DNA of 64,000 nucleotides from contig JALHRQ010000003.1 of the NCBI GenBank assembly GCA_022841375.1, forward strand, positions 40,692 through 104,691, written 5' to 3'. The notes under the pieces are model-generated. The model was not told the origin of the DNA and did no database searches. It saw only the letters and a list, made by a program, of their open reading frames with translations. Made by a program: the position numbers and the translations under genes. Source of the DNA: Burkholderiales bacterium (lineage in GTDB: Bacteria; Pseudomonadota; Gammaproteobacteria; Burkholderiales; SG8-41). Position 1 is the stretch's first letter; every line of letters starts with the position of its first letter. This document shows, piece by piece, positions 17,407-25,484 of the stretch.

Positions 17407-18177
17407 CTATTCCCATAGCCGTTCGGGCAGCGGCAAACCGGCCAGCTGTTCGGGCGTCAGCGGCTGATCCGGCGTGATGCCGATGTTTTCCAGTACGGCG
17501 GCGAGCTGGCGTGCATGCTGCGCGCTGTGCCAGGTTGAACGCTCGTAAAGCATATAAATGGGCTGCATGCCGAAGAAGGTCTTGATCTTCTGCTCGCAGG
17601 ATTTGTCTTCGAGCTTGTTCCACCAGTTTTCCAGCCGTGCAATCACGGTGTCGCCGTAACGCGCGATTTCCTCGCCGGTCATGAAGGTGCCGTCTTTCGG
17701 CGGCACGTTGGCCAACTGCACTGCATATTCGACGCCGCCCTCTACGGACTCCAGGTAGGCCTCGCCGATGCGGAAGATGTGGTGGCACATCAAGCGGATC
17801 GAGCGGTCGCGGTTGGGAATGACGCGTTCCAGGAGTTTTGCGTCGGGTAACTGGCGCATCAAACGTTGTGCGGCGCGCAGCACCATGATCCAGCGCTTGA
17901 TCAGTTCGTCCGGGGGCAGCGGCTTGTGCCCGGTGCCCTGAAGGCCGACAAACTCGGCGACATCTTCCAGGTTTTGTCCAAAGACAAACTGTTCGCCCTT
18001 GGCGACAACAGGGACATTGCGCACACCGAACTTAAGCAGGCGTTCGCGTCCCGCCGGATCGTTCAGAACGTCGATGGCGATGAAATCAATTTTTTTACGC
18101 GAAAGAAACTCTTTCGCCCGGAGACAACTGCTTCAGCCCGGTTGGGTAAACAGAATGAACTGTTCGTCGGCGCCCAT
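17407..18177 (-). CDS. Candidate selenoprotein: glutaredoxin/NrdH-like domain (U-S-S-C motif, Sec at codon 15, TGA 18133-18135) fused to a DinB/YfiT-like domain
   Basis: Same frame as track ORF 17407..18024, open upstream to the TGA. ATG at 18177 has AAGAGG 7 nt upstream. Product: MGADEQFILFTQPG-U-SSCLRAKEFLSRKKIDFIAIDVLNDPAGRERLLKFGVRNVPVVAKGEQFVFGQNL..., then ...HHIFRIGE...ERSTWHSAQHARQL. A hairpin follows the TGA, and selABC are adjacent. Confidence 0.7.
18099..18117 (-). promoter_or_regulatory. Candidate bacterial SECIS hairpin
   Basis: mRNA GCGAAAG-AGUUU-CUUUCGC: 7-bp perfect stem (8 bp with a 3-nt loop), G/U in the apical loop. The stem starts 15 nt 3' of the UGA. Confidence 0.5.
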
Positions 18178-18303
18178 GTGTGACCTCTTTGCAGGCGGTT
18201 GAATGGAGGGGCAAGACTAACGTTCGACGGCATTGGGCGTCAAGGATCGCAGTGCTATAATCCGCGCGCTTTTTATCCTGCATTTTTCAATAAAAAAATC
18301 CAT

Positions 18304-18909
18304 ATGATGAAGTTGATCGGGACTGTCACCAGTCCCTACACCCGAAAGGTGCGCGTAGTTCTTGGTGAGAAGCGCATGGAATGCGAGTTCATCACGGACA
18401 CACCGAACACGCCGGACAGCGCGGTGACCCGTTATAACCCGCTGGGAAAAATCCCGGTGCTGGTGCTCGATGACGAGAATACGATTTTTGACTCACGGGT
18501 AATTGTCGAGCATCTGGACAATGCGAGTCCCGGCAACCGGTTGATACCCGAGGAAAAACGCCCGCGCATCCAGGTGCGGCGCTGGGAGGCGCTGGCCGAC
18601 GGATGCACGGATGCCGCGATTGCCCTGGTCAACGAAAAACGCAAACCCGCGGAGCAGCAATCATCGGAGTGGATCATCCGGCAACAGGGCAAGGTCGATC
18701 GTTCGCTGCAGGCGATGGCGGACGAACTCGCGGCCAAACCGTGGTGCGCGGGTGATTTTTTCACGCTCGCCGATATTGCGGTCGGCTGTTGCCTGGGCTG
18801 GCTGGAATTGCGCGTGCCCGATCTGCCATGGCGGCGTAATCACCCGAATCTGGCGCGGCTTGCCGACAAACTGGCACAACGCCCGTCCTTCAAAGACTCG
18901 GCGCCCTGA
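18304..18909 (+). CDS. Glutathione S-transferase, YibF-like
   Basis: MMKLIGTVTSPYTRKVRVVLGEKRMECEFI...YNPLGKIPVLVLDDENTIFDSRVIVEHLD... aligns by eye along its whole length with E. coli YibF. Confidence 0.85.
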   Translation: MMKLIGTVTSPYTRKVRVVLGEKRMECEFITDTPNTPDSAVTRYNPLGKIPVLVLDDENTIFDSRVIVEHLDNASPGNRLIPEEKRPRIQVRRWEALADGCTDAAIALVNEKRKPAEQQSSEWIIRQQGKVDRSLQAMADELAAKPWCAGDFFTLADIAVGCCLGWLELRVPDLPWRRNHPNLARLADKLAQRPSFKDSAP

Positions 18910-20061
18910 TCAACGGTTGCCGGCGATGGCGTCCGGCGGACATTCGTCGTCGAACGACAGCGCAGGTGGCGCAGGGCGTGCAGTTTCAATGATGCCGCCG
19001 CCGATGCAGACGCGGCTCTCGTAAATCACCACCGACTGTCCGGGCGTCACCGCCCACTGATTTTCGGCGAAATCGACGATGCAACGCCCGTTTGAGGCCT
19101 CTTCCATCGAACACGCGGCATCGCGCTGGCGGTAGCGTGTCTTCGCGCTGTAAACCCATTGTGTATGCGGCGGTTCGCCGCTGATCCAGTTGACATTGAC
19201 CGCGGTGAGCTGGTCGGCCAGCAGCAACGGGTGGTCGTGCCCCTGCACCACGATCAGCCGGTTGTTGGTCATGTCCTTTTGTGAGACATACCAGGCGTCT
19301 CCGTCGCCGTCGCGGGTGCCACCGATGCCCAGTCCCTGACGCTGGCCCAGCGTGTAGAACGTCAGTCCCATGTGGCGGCCGACCTGGCGGCCTTCCGGGG
19401 TGACAATGTCGCCCGGATTGGCCGGCAAATAGCGGTTGAGAAATTCGCGGAACGGCCGCTCGCCGATGAAGCAGATTCCGGTCGAATCCTTTTTGTCGTG
19501 ATTGGGCAGGCCTTCCCGGCGCGCGATTTCGCGCACGTCGCGCTTGTAGAGGCCGCCCAGCGGAAACCAGGTTTTGGCGAGCTGCTGCTGGTTAAGGCGG
19601 TAGAGAAAATAACTCTGATCCTTGGTGCCGTCCTCCGCCTTCAGCAACTGGTGGAGACCGTCGACCTCGCGCACCTCGGCGTAATGTCCCGTGGCGATGC
19701 GGTCGGCGCCGAGATTCATTGCATGGTCAAGGAAGGCCTTGAATTTGATTTCGGCATTGCACAGCACGTCGGGGTTGGGCGTGCGTCCGGCCTGGTACTC
19801 GCTGAGGAATTCGCTGAACACGCGATCCTTGTATTCAGCGCTGAAGTTGACGGCCTCGATGTCGATGCCGATGCGATCGGCAACAGCAACGGCGTCAATC
19901 AGGTCCTGGCGCGAAGTGCAGTGCTCGTCGGTGTCGTCATCTTCCCAATTCTTCATGAACAGGCCGATCACTTCATGCCCCTGCTGCTTGAGCAGCAGCG
20001 CGGCGACCGAGGAATCCACGCCCCCCGAAAGACCAATGACAATTTTCTGTTTGCGCGCCAT
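18910..20061 (-). CDS. mnmA: tRNA 2-thiouridine(34) synthase MnmA
   Basis: [38 protein letters not shown]... PP-loop; full length. Confidence 0.95.
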   Translation of the reverse strand: MARKQKIVIGLSGGVDSSVAALLLKQQGHEVIGLFMKNWEDDDTDEHCTSRQDLIDAVAVADRIGIDIEAVNFSAEYKDRVFSEFLSEYQAGRTPNPDVLCNAEIKFKAFLDHAMNLGADRIATGHYAEVREVDGLHQLLKAEDGTKDQSYFLYRLNQQQLAKTWFPLGGLYKRDVREIARREGLPNHDKKDSTGICFIGERPFREFLNRYLPANPGDIVTPEGRQVGRHMGLTFYTLGQRQGLGIGGTRDGDGDAWYVSQKDMTNNRLIVVQGHDHPLLLADQLTAVNVNWISGEPPHTQWVYSAKTRYRQRDAACSMEEASNGRCIVDFAENQWAVTPGQSVVIYESRVCIGGGIIETARPAPPALSFDDECPPDAIAGNR

Positions 20062-20070
20062 GACCAGGCT

Positions 20071-20532
20071 TTAGTTGTGGTGATGCAGAATGTGCAGCGG
20101 GTGGCGCCGCCCGCCGAGGTAATCATCCACGCATTGCATCAGCAACGGGCTGCGGTGCCGTTCGACACAGGCGCGGATTTCGGCCACCGGCATCCACAGC
20201 GCGCGCAGGATCCCGGTATCCAGCGCGCGGCCGGGATGAGGCTCCGACAGCGTCCCGGTAAAGGCGAAACGCAGGTAGGTCACGCCGTTGCCTGACTGCC
20301 GGTAATGGTAGATGCCGAGCAGGGCTTCGGGTTTGAAATCACAGGCGGATTCTTCCAGGGTTTCGCGCACCACGGCCTCGATCAGCGATTCACCTGCTTC
20401 AAGATGACCGGCTGGCTGGTTGTAGCGAATGCCGTCGTCGGTCTGTTCCTCGACCAGCAGAAAAGCGCCATTGCGCTCAACAACGGCGGCAACGGTGACA
20501 TTGGGTTTCCACTGGGTTGATTGATCACTCAT
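20071..20532 (-). CDS. NUDIX hydrolase
   Basis: NUDIX box GHLEAGESLIEAVVRETLEESA; upstream of mnmA. Confidence 0.88.
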   Translation of the reverse strand: MSDQSTQWKPNVTVAAVVERNGAFLLVEEQTDDGIRYNQPAGHLEAGESLIEAVVRETLEESACDFKPEALLGIYHYRQSGNGVTYLRFAFTGTLSEPHPGRALDTGILRALWMPVAEIRACVERHRSPLLMQCVDDYLGGRRHPLHILHHHN

Positions 20533-20564
20533 CCCGCTATTTTATCGTCTGGCGCCGGCGCTGG

Positions 20565-20598
20565 AAAAAGAAGAGGCAGGGCGTAAGCCCTGCCTCTT
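20565..20598 (-). terminator. Intrinsic terminator after small ORF 20622-20771
   Basis: GAGGCAGGGC-GTAA-GCCCTGCCTC (20573-20596), followed by TTCTTTTT on the minus strand. Confidence 0.8.
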
Positions 20599-20621
20599 CA
20601 AAAGCGCGAAAAGTTATTGTT

Positions 20622-20771
20622 TTATTTTTTCGCTTTGCAATCTTTATGGTCTTTGTTTTTTGCGTCTTTGCAGTCCGTTTTTGCGGCTTCTTTCTTTTCG
20701 GCTGCGAACACCGGGGCAACGGACACGGTGGCAAACATTGCGGCAAATGCAATTGCGAGCAGTTGTTTCAT
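20622..20771 (-). CDS. Small secreted Lys-rich protein (49 aa), not on the ORF track
   Basis: Own translation: MKQLLAIAFAAMFATVSVAPVFA/AEKKEAAKTDCKDAKNKDHKDCKAKK. GGGAGGAACC precedes the ATG; a signal peptide and its own terminator are present. Confidence 0.75.
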   Translation of the reverse strand: MKQLLAIAFAAMFATVSVAPVFAAEKKEAAKTDCKDAKNKDHKDCKAKK

Positions 20772-20919
20772 GGTTCCTCCCTTGGATGGTTTGACTAAAC
20801 CGGCCGGTGAACGGCCGGCAGCTCTAGGTGAGCGGCGTCACCTTAGCGCATGCCCTCATAAATGACAACTGGCCGGTTGGACGCGCAAAAACGGGGTAAA
20901 TAAGCCCAAAAAGGGCGAA

Positions 20920-20949
20920 AAAAAGGCAGGGCCTCAGCCCTGCCTTTTT
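20920..20949 (-). terminator. Intrinsic terminator after small ORF 20964-21128
   Basis: AAAAA-GGCAGGGC-CTCA-GCCCTGCC-TTTTT; same stem core as the terminator at 20573-20596. Confidence 0.8.
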
Positions 20950-20963
20950 GAAGCGAAAGACGA

Positions 20964-21128
20964 TTATTTCTTTTCGTCTTTTTTGGCTTCAGCTTTCGGC
21001 GCGTCTTTTTTGGCTTCAGCTTTTTTCTCGGTCTTTTTCTCTTCTTTTTTCGCTTCAGCAGCGAACGCCGGAGCAACGGCAACAGTAGCGAACACAGCGG
21101 CGATGATGGCAGCAAACAGTTTGTTCAT
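20964..21128 (-). CDS. Small secreted Lys/Glu-rich protein (54 aa), paralogue of 20622-20771, not on the ORF track
   Basis: Own translation: MNKLFAAIIAAVFATVAVAPAFA/AEAKKEEKKTEKKAEAKKDAPKAEAKKDEKK. GAGGAAATC precedes the ATG. Track ORF 20843..21115 is a shadow frame. Confidence 0.75.
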   Translation of the reverse strand: MNKLFAAIIAAVFATVAVAPAFAAEAKKEEKKTEKKAEAKKDAPKAEAKKDEKK

Positions 21129-21335
21129 GATTTCCTCATTGAATGGTTGATCAACCAGGTCTTTTTGACCCCTGACCGAAAACCGGTCACTGCCAATAAC
21201 GCCTATTCAATGGGTTGGTTGACAGCTTGGTGTAAGTTTCAGAATACGGACTATTAATGAATTTTCAGCACCAGAATTGTGCCGGCATGGAATGAATAAT
21301 TGACCAATGATTAAACGGCGTTTGCGTTAAATCGA

Positions 21336-21947
21336 CTATGGCAAAGGTTCTATTGGAGCCTCGCGCCATTGTCCGCAGTGCAGATTTTCCAGCGACCAGG
21401 ATCCAATGGCATGACGGATCAGGCGCAAAGTCGGGTAACCCGCCGCCGCTGTCATCCGCCTGACCTGGCGGTTGCGGCCTTCACGCAGCACGAGTTTCAG
21501 CCAGCTCGTCGGGATATGCCGCCGTATGCGGACTGGCGGGGTGCGCGGCCATAACCAGTCGGGCGGTGCACAAAGGCTGGCTTCGGCCGGCCGCGCCCGG
21601 TAATCCGGGAGTTGTATGCCGGCTCTTAGCGGTGCCAGGGCCGCTTCGTCGGGGACACCTTCGACCTCGACAAAATAAGTCTTGGGCAGTTTGTGGCGGG
21701 GATCGGTGATGCGGTGCTGCAGAGCGCCGTCATCGGTCAGGATCACCAGCCCTTCGCTGTCCGTGTCCAGACGACCGGCCGGATAGACGCCGGCGACTGG
21801 CACAAAATCTTTCAGCGTCGGATGACCACCCGAGGGGCTGAATTGGCAGATCACGCCGTAAGGCTTGTTGAGCAGCAGAAGTTTCGACACCGGCTGATTG
21901 TACGAAGAAAGGCCATCGCGGGTGCGATGGCCTGAGCGGTGCGGCAA
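21336..21947 (-). CDS. rluE: 23S rRNA pseudouridine synthase RluE-like
   Basis: LLLNKPYGVICQF...GVYPAGRLDTDSEGLVILTDDGAL...SWLKLVLREGRNRQVRRMTAAAGYPTLRLIR matches E. coli RluE. Confidence 0.88.
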   Translation of the reverse strand: MPHRSGHRTRDGLSSYNQPVSKLLLLNKPYGVICQFSPSGGHPTLKDFVPVAGVYPAGRLDTDSEGLVILTDDGALQHRITDPRHKLPKTYFVEVEGVPDEAALAPLRAGIQLPDYRARPAEASLCAPPDWLWPRTPPVRIRRHIPTSWLKLVLREGRNRQVRRMTAAAGYPTLRLIRHAIGSWSLENLHCGQWREAPIEPLP

Positions 21948-21960
21948 GCCCGGTGGGGTA

Positions 21961-23589
21961 TCAGGCGGTGGCGCGTGTTTCCAGTTCCCGGGTCAGCAAC
22001 TCATAACCCGGCAACGTCAGGAACTCGACGTAGTGGTCGCTGGTGGTGATGTCGTCAAAAAGCTTTGCCGCTTCTTCGTAACGGCCGGCTGTCCAGGCGG
22101 GTTCGCCCAGTTCACGGCGTACCCGTGCGAGTTCTTCGGGCAGCATTTTCCGGAACATGTCCTTGGTGACTTTACGGCCGTCATCCAGAACGCCCTTCGG
22201 ACTGCGCATCCATTGCCAGATCTGCGAGCGCGAAATTTCGGCGGTGGCCGCATCTTCCATCAGGTTGTAGACCGGGACGCAGCCGTTGCCCGCGAGCCAG
22301 GCGCCAATGTACTGGATGCCGACGCTGATGTTGTTGCGCAGGCCGGCTTCGGTTATTGGCGCTTCCGGTTTGAAATCCAGCAGATCTTTTGCGGTGACCT
22401 GCACGTCCGGTCGCTGGCGTGAAACCTGATTGGCAGTCGGCATGTGTTTGTCAAAAATTTCCCTGGCGATGCCGACCAGCCCCGGATGTGCGACCCAGGT
22501 GCCGTCACAACCGTCGGTGGCTTCACGCTCCTTGTCGGCGCGTACTTTGGCCACGGCGGCTTCGTTGGCAACGGGATCGTTCTTGATCGGAATCTGTGCC
22601 GCCATGCCGCCCATCGCAAAGGCCTTGCGGCGGTGGCAGGTCTTGACCAGCAGCAACGCATAGGCTCGCATGAACGGTGCGGTCATCGTCACCTGGCTGC
22701 GGTCGGCCAGACAGAAGTTCTTGTTGGAACGGAATTTCTTGATGCAGCTGAAAATGTAATCCCAGCGGCCGATGTTCAGCCCGACGCAATGGTCACGCAA
22801 TTCGTAAAGTATTTCGTCCATTTCGAAGGCTGCGAGCACGGTTTCGATCAGCACCGTGACTTTGATCGTACCCAGCGGCAGTCCCAGTTCTCGTTGTGCC
22901 ATCACGAAAATGTCGTTCCACAGCCGGGCTTCCAGGTGGCTTTCCATTTTCGGCAGATAGAAGTAAGGGCCGGTATTGCGCGCGAGGGATTCTTTCGCGT
23001 TATGAAATACGTAGAGGGCAAAGTCGAAAATCGCAGCGGAGACCGGTGCGCCGTCGACATGCATGTAATGTTCCATCAGATGCCAGCCGCGTGGCCGCAC
23101 CAGCAGCGTCGCCGTGCGCGGGTTAAGCTGGTATTGCTTGCCATCGGGGCTCTGGTAGTTGATCGATCGCCGCATGGCGTCGCGCAGGTTGATCTGACCC
23201 TCGATCATGTTGCTCCAGGTCGGCGCGTTGGAGTCCTCGAAATCGGCCATGAACACATTGGCGCCGCAGTTCAGCGCATTGATCACCATCTTGCGATCGG
23301 TGGGGCCGGTGATTTCAACGCGGCGATTTTGCAGGTCAGCGGGAACGGCGCCGACAGTCCAGTCACTCTCGCGAACGTTGCGTGTTTCCGGAAGAAAATC
23401 CGGCAACTGGCCGGCATCGAATTCGGCCTGGCGCTTTACGCGTTGCGCCATCAGTTCGCGTCGACGACCTTCAAACTTGCGTGCCAGTTTGGCGACGAAG
23501 GCAATAGCCTGCGGCGTCAGGATTTGATCGTAGGAGGCCGGAGACACGCCGAGTATGGCGATGCCTTCGGGCAAGGGCGTTGAGGTCAT
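21961..23589 (-). CDS. aceB: Malate synthase A
   Basis: 542 aa: ...VEITGPTDRKMVINALN...FMADFEDS...GRWDYIFS...MEDAATAEISRSQIWQW... is collinear with E. coli AceB. Confidence 0.95.
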   Translation of the reverse strand: MTSTPLPEGIAILGVSPASYDQILTPQAIAFVAKLARKFEGRRRELMAQRVKRQAEFDAGQLPDFLPETRNVRESDWTVGAVPADLQNRRVEITGPTDRKMVINALNCGANVFMADFEDSNAPTWSNMIEGQINLRDAMRRSINYQSPDGKQYQLNPRTATLLVRPRGWHLMEHYMHVDGAPVSAAIFDFALYVFHNAKESLARNTGPYFYLPKMESHLEARLWNDIFVMAQRELGLPLGTIKVTVLIETVLAAFEMDEILYELRDHCVGLNIGRWDYIFSCIKKFRSNKNFCLADRSQVTMTAPFMRAYALLLVKTCHRRKAFAMGGMAAQIPIKNDPVANEAAVAKVRADKEREATDGCDGTWVAHPGLVGIAREIFDKHMPTANQVSRQRPDVQVTAKDLLDFKPEAPITEAGLRNNISVGIQYIGAWLAGNGCVPVYNLMEDAATAEISRSQIWQWMRSPKGVLDDGRKVTKDMFRKMLPEELARVRRELGEPAWTAGRYEEAAKLFDDITTSDHYVEFLTLPGYELLTRELETRATA

Positions 23590-23842
23590 GGCGGTCTCCT
23601 GAGAAACGTCGGCGGAATTTCACTATACAAAAATTCGTATCATACTGAATGCTGCACTGCATTATACCGATAATACATTGAAGTCCAATTAAAGTTGAAG
23701 GTTAAAAATTTCCCTCTGCAATTGCACGTATTTGTAGCAATAGTCATTTTTCTGCAATGCAATATAAATCAAAGACATAGAGATATAAAGTGGCAAAGCG
23801 GTTGAAAGCCATTGACCCCTCCCGCTGGGCACGGGGCAAAGA

Positions 23843-23870
23843 AAAACGCCCGCAATTGCGGGCGTTTTTT
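23843..23870 (-). terminator. Intrinsic terminator after the 458-aa orphan gene
   Basis: AAAAACGCCCGC-AATT-GCGGGCGTTTTT. Confidence 0.85.
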
Positions 23871-23908
23871 CAGATCATCGCTGACCGCCGGGTCAGCGAA
23901 GTCACCGG

Positions 23909-25285
23909 TTACTTGGTGCCCCAGGGCTTGATGGCAGCTTTGAGCTGGTTGTAACCGTCGATGTAGCGCGGGCGTTTGCTGCTGTAGATCTTGTCGAACG
24001 TAGCCAATTGATCGTCCAGCCACTTGGCCAGTTCGGTGTTACCCGGATTGGCGGCTTTGTAGGCTTCGTTGATCAGCACGAAGTGAATGCGCGGATCGTA
24101 CGGATCCTTGGTGCCGCCAACGGTTTCGTCGCCGTTGAGCAGGCGCTGCAGCATCGCATCGGCGGAGCCAAGGGTCTGCTCGAAAATTGGCGCGCCCTCC
24201 ATGCGGTACATCACGCTGGTCATGTCCTTGCCGTTGGTCATGGTGAAGCCCATGTCCTTCCACACGTCGCCCATCTTCTTGCCGGTTTTGGCGTAGTCGA
24301 GAATGATCTGGCCCCACTTGCGCAGCACGTCCGGTGCGTCGGCCATCAGGTCGGTCAGGCGGTCACCGTCAAGGTCGGTCGAGTAGATGATGCATTCGCG
24401 CTGTTCGATCATGTCGTGCAGCATCAGACCGAAGTTGGTGTCGGAGATGTGCTCGTAGATGTCGCCGCCCCAGTTTTCCATGCCCGCCTTGAAGTCTTTC
24501 GGCAGCAGCGCGACGATGGCGTGAACGTTATCCTTGTGTTCTTCGTAGGCGTCAACCGCGTATTGGCGCTTCAGCTGGAATTTGGTGCCCTGGATCATCC
24601 AGCGGAACAAACCGGCGTTTACTGCGTCTTCTTTCGCCTGGGTCGGCTTGGTGGCGACGCGGCCGATGCAGCCTCGGTCATTGACCAGCTTCAGGAACAG
24701 CCGTGCGGCATAGGCCATGCGCACGCCGGGGGTGTTCATTTCGGAATGGATGTTGCCGGTGGCTTTTTCAACGACGAATTTCTTGTTGTCCTGCGAGTAG
24801 GGCAGGCCGGGCATGAAACGCACGTTGGTGATTGAGCCGTAGGGGCGGACGTTGCAGTAGACGCCGGCTGCAGTGCGCAGCGGGGCATTGGCTGACTTGC
24901 CGGCGACAACCACTTTCTTGCCACCGTCATTGACCATGAAGTCGCCCGCGGTCGACCATTTCAGGCAGGTGAAATCCATCTTGCCGAACCACTCCAGCGA
25001 CTTGAGCTTCGTATCGTGGCGGAACTGGGCCATCATCGGTACGCCGAGGAAGGGCAGGCCAAGTACGTCGAGTGCCATGATGGTGCCGTTGAGCGCGAAG
25101 GTGTCGGTGAGCGCATGTGCTACCGGATTGACGCCGCCGGTGAAGTTACCGCCTTCCCAGATGGTGGCGTCGCTGATGCCGCGCGGCTGGGTTTTGGAGC
25201 GCTTGAATACGCCGTCCAGATATTTGAAAAGATCACCGCTTGCTTCTTCCTGCGCGATTTTCAGCAGGTCCAGTTTTCCGCTCAT
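23909..25285 (-). CDS. Conserved-looking hypothetical protein, 458 aa, family not recognised
   Basis: Clean long ORF (MSGKLDLLKIAQEEASGDLFKYLDGVFKRS...). GGAGAATTAAGAA precedes the ATG; it has its own terminator, no signal peptide and no motif I can name. Confidence 0.8.
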   Translation of the reverse strand: MSGKLDLLKIAQEEASGDLFKYLDGVFKRSKTQPRGISDATIWEGGNFTGGVNPVAHALTDTFALNGTIMALDVLGLPFLGVPMMAQFRHDTKLKSLEWFGKMDFTCLKWSTAGDFMVNDGGKKVVVAGKSANAPLRTAAGVYCNVRPYGSITNVRFMPGLPYSQDNKKFVVEKATGNIHSEMNTPGVRMAYAARLFLKLVNDRGCIGRVATKPTQAKEDAVNAGLFRWMIQGTKFQLKRQYAVDAYEEHKDNVHAIVALLPKDFKAGMENWGGDIYEHISDTNFGLMLHDMIEQRECIIYSTDLDGDRLTDLMADAPDVLRKWGQIILDYAKTGKKMGDVWKDMGFTMTNGKDMTSVMYRMEGAPIFEQTLGSADAMLQRLLNGDETVGGTKDPYDPRIHFVLINEAYKAANPGNTELAKWLDDQLATFDKIYSSKRPRYIDGYNQLKAAIKPWGTK

Positions 25286-25484
25286 TTCTTAATTCTCCGT
25301 TCGAATTGGGTCGTTCAAGTGATCGGCGGGTAGTCGCGATCAAAGGGGTGCTCCGGAGGCAAGGTTCTCTCCGAAGCGGTGACCACCGTGCCTGTGACAG
25401 ATTGCCTGCTGGTCAGGGGGCGGATTATCTCATTATTTCCCGCGCCCGGCATGGTTTGCCGCTGTTATGAGTCGGCAAAAGGGC

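Noticed and set aside
18095-18283. Track ORF 18095..18283(-) (62 aa, MQDKKRADY...) as the gene upstream of 17407..18024.
   Set aside because: It is in a different frame from the Grx-like N-terminus, has no ribosome-binding site or recognisable fold, and overlaps the far better supported ATG-...-TGA-... reading frame.
20537-21115. Track ORFs 20537..20752(-), 20617..20865(+) and 20843..21115(-) as the coding sequences of this AT-richer patch.
   Set aside because: Their products are poly-Lys/Arg or Phe/Ser-rich frames of the same DNA. The alternative small ORFs have signal peptides, Shine-Dalgarno sequences and terminators, and are paralogous to each other.
25286-25484. A glycine- or cobalamin-type riboswitch in the leader of the 458-aa gene (GGAGAG and CACCG-like strings).
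   Set aside because: Only short, isolated matches are present. I could not reconstruct the conserved cores or helices of either class, so it is reported only as an unexplained leader.
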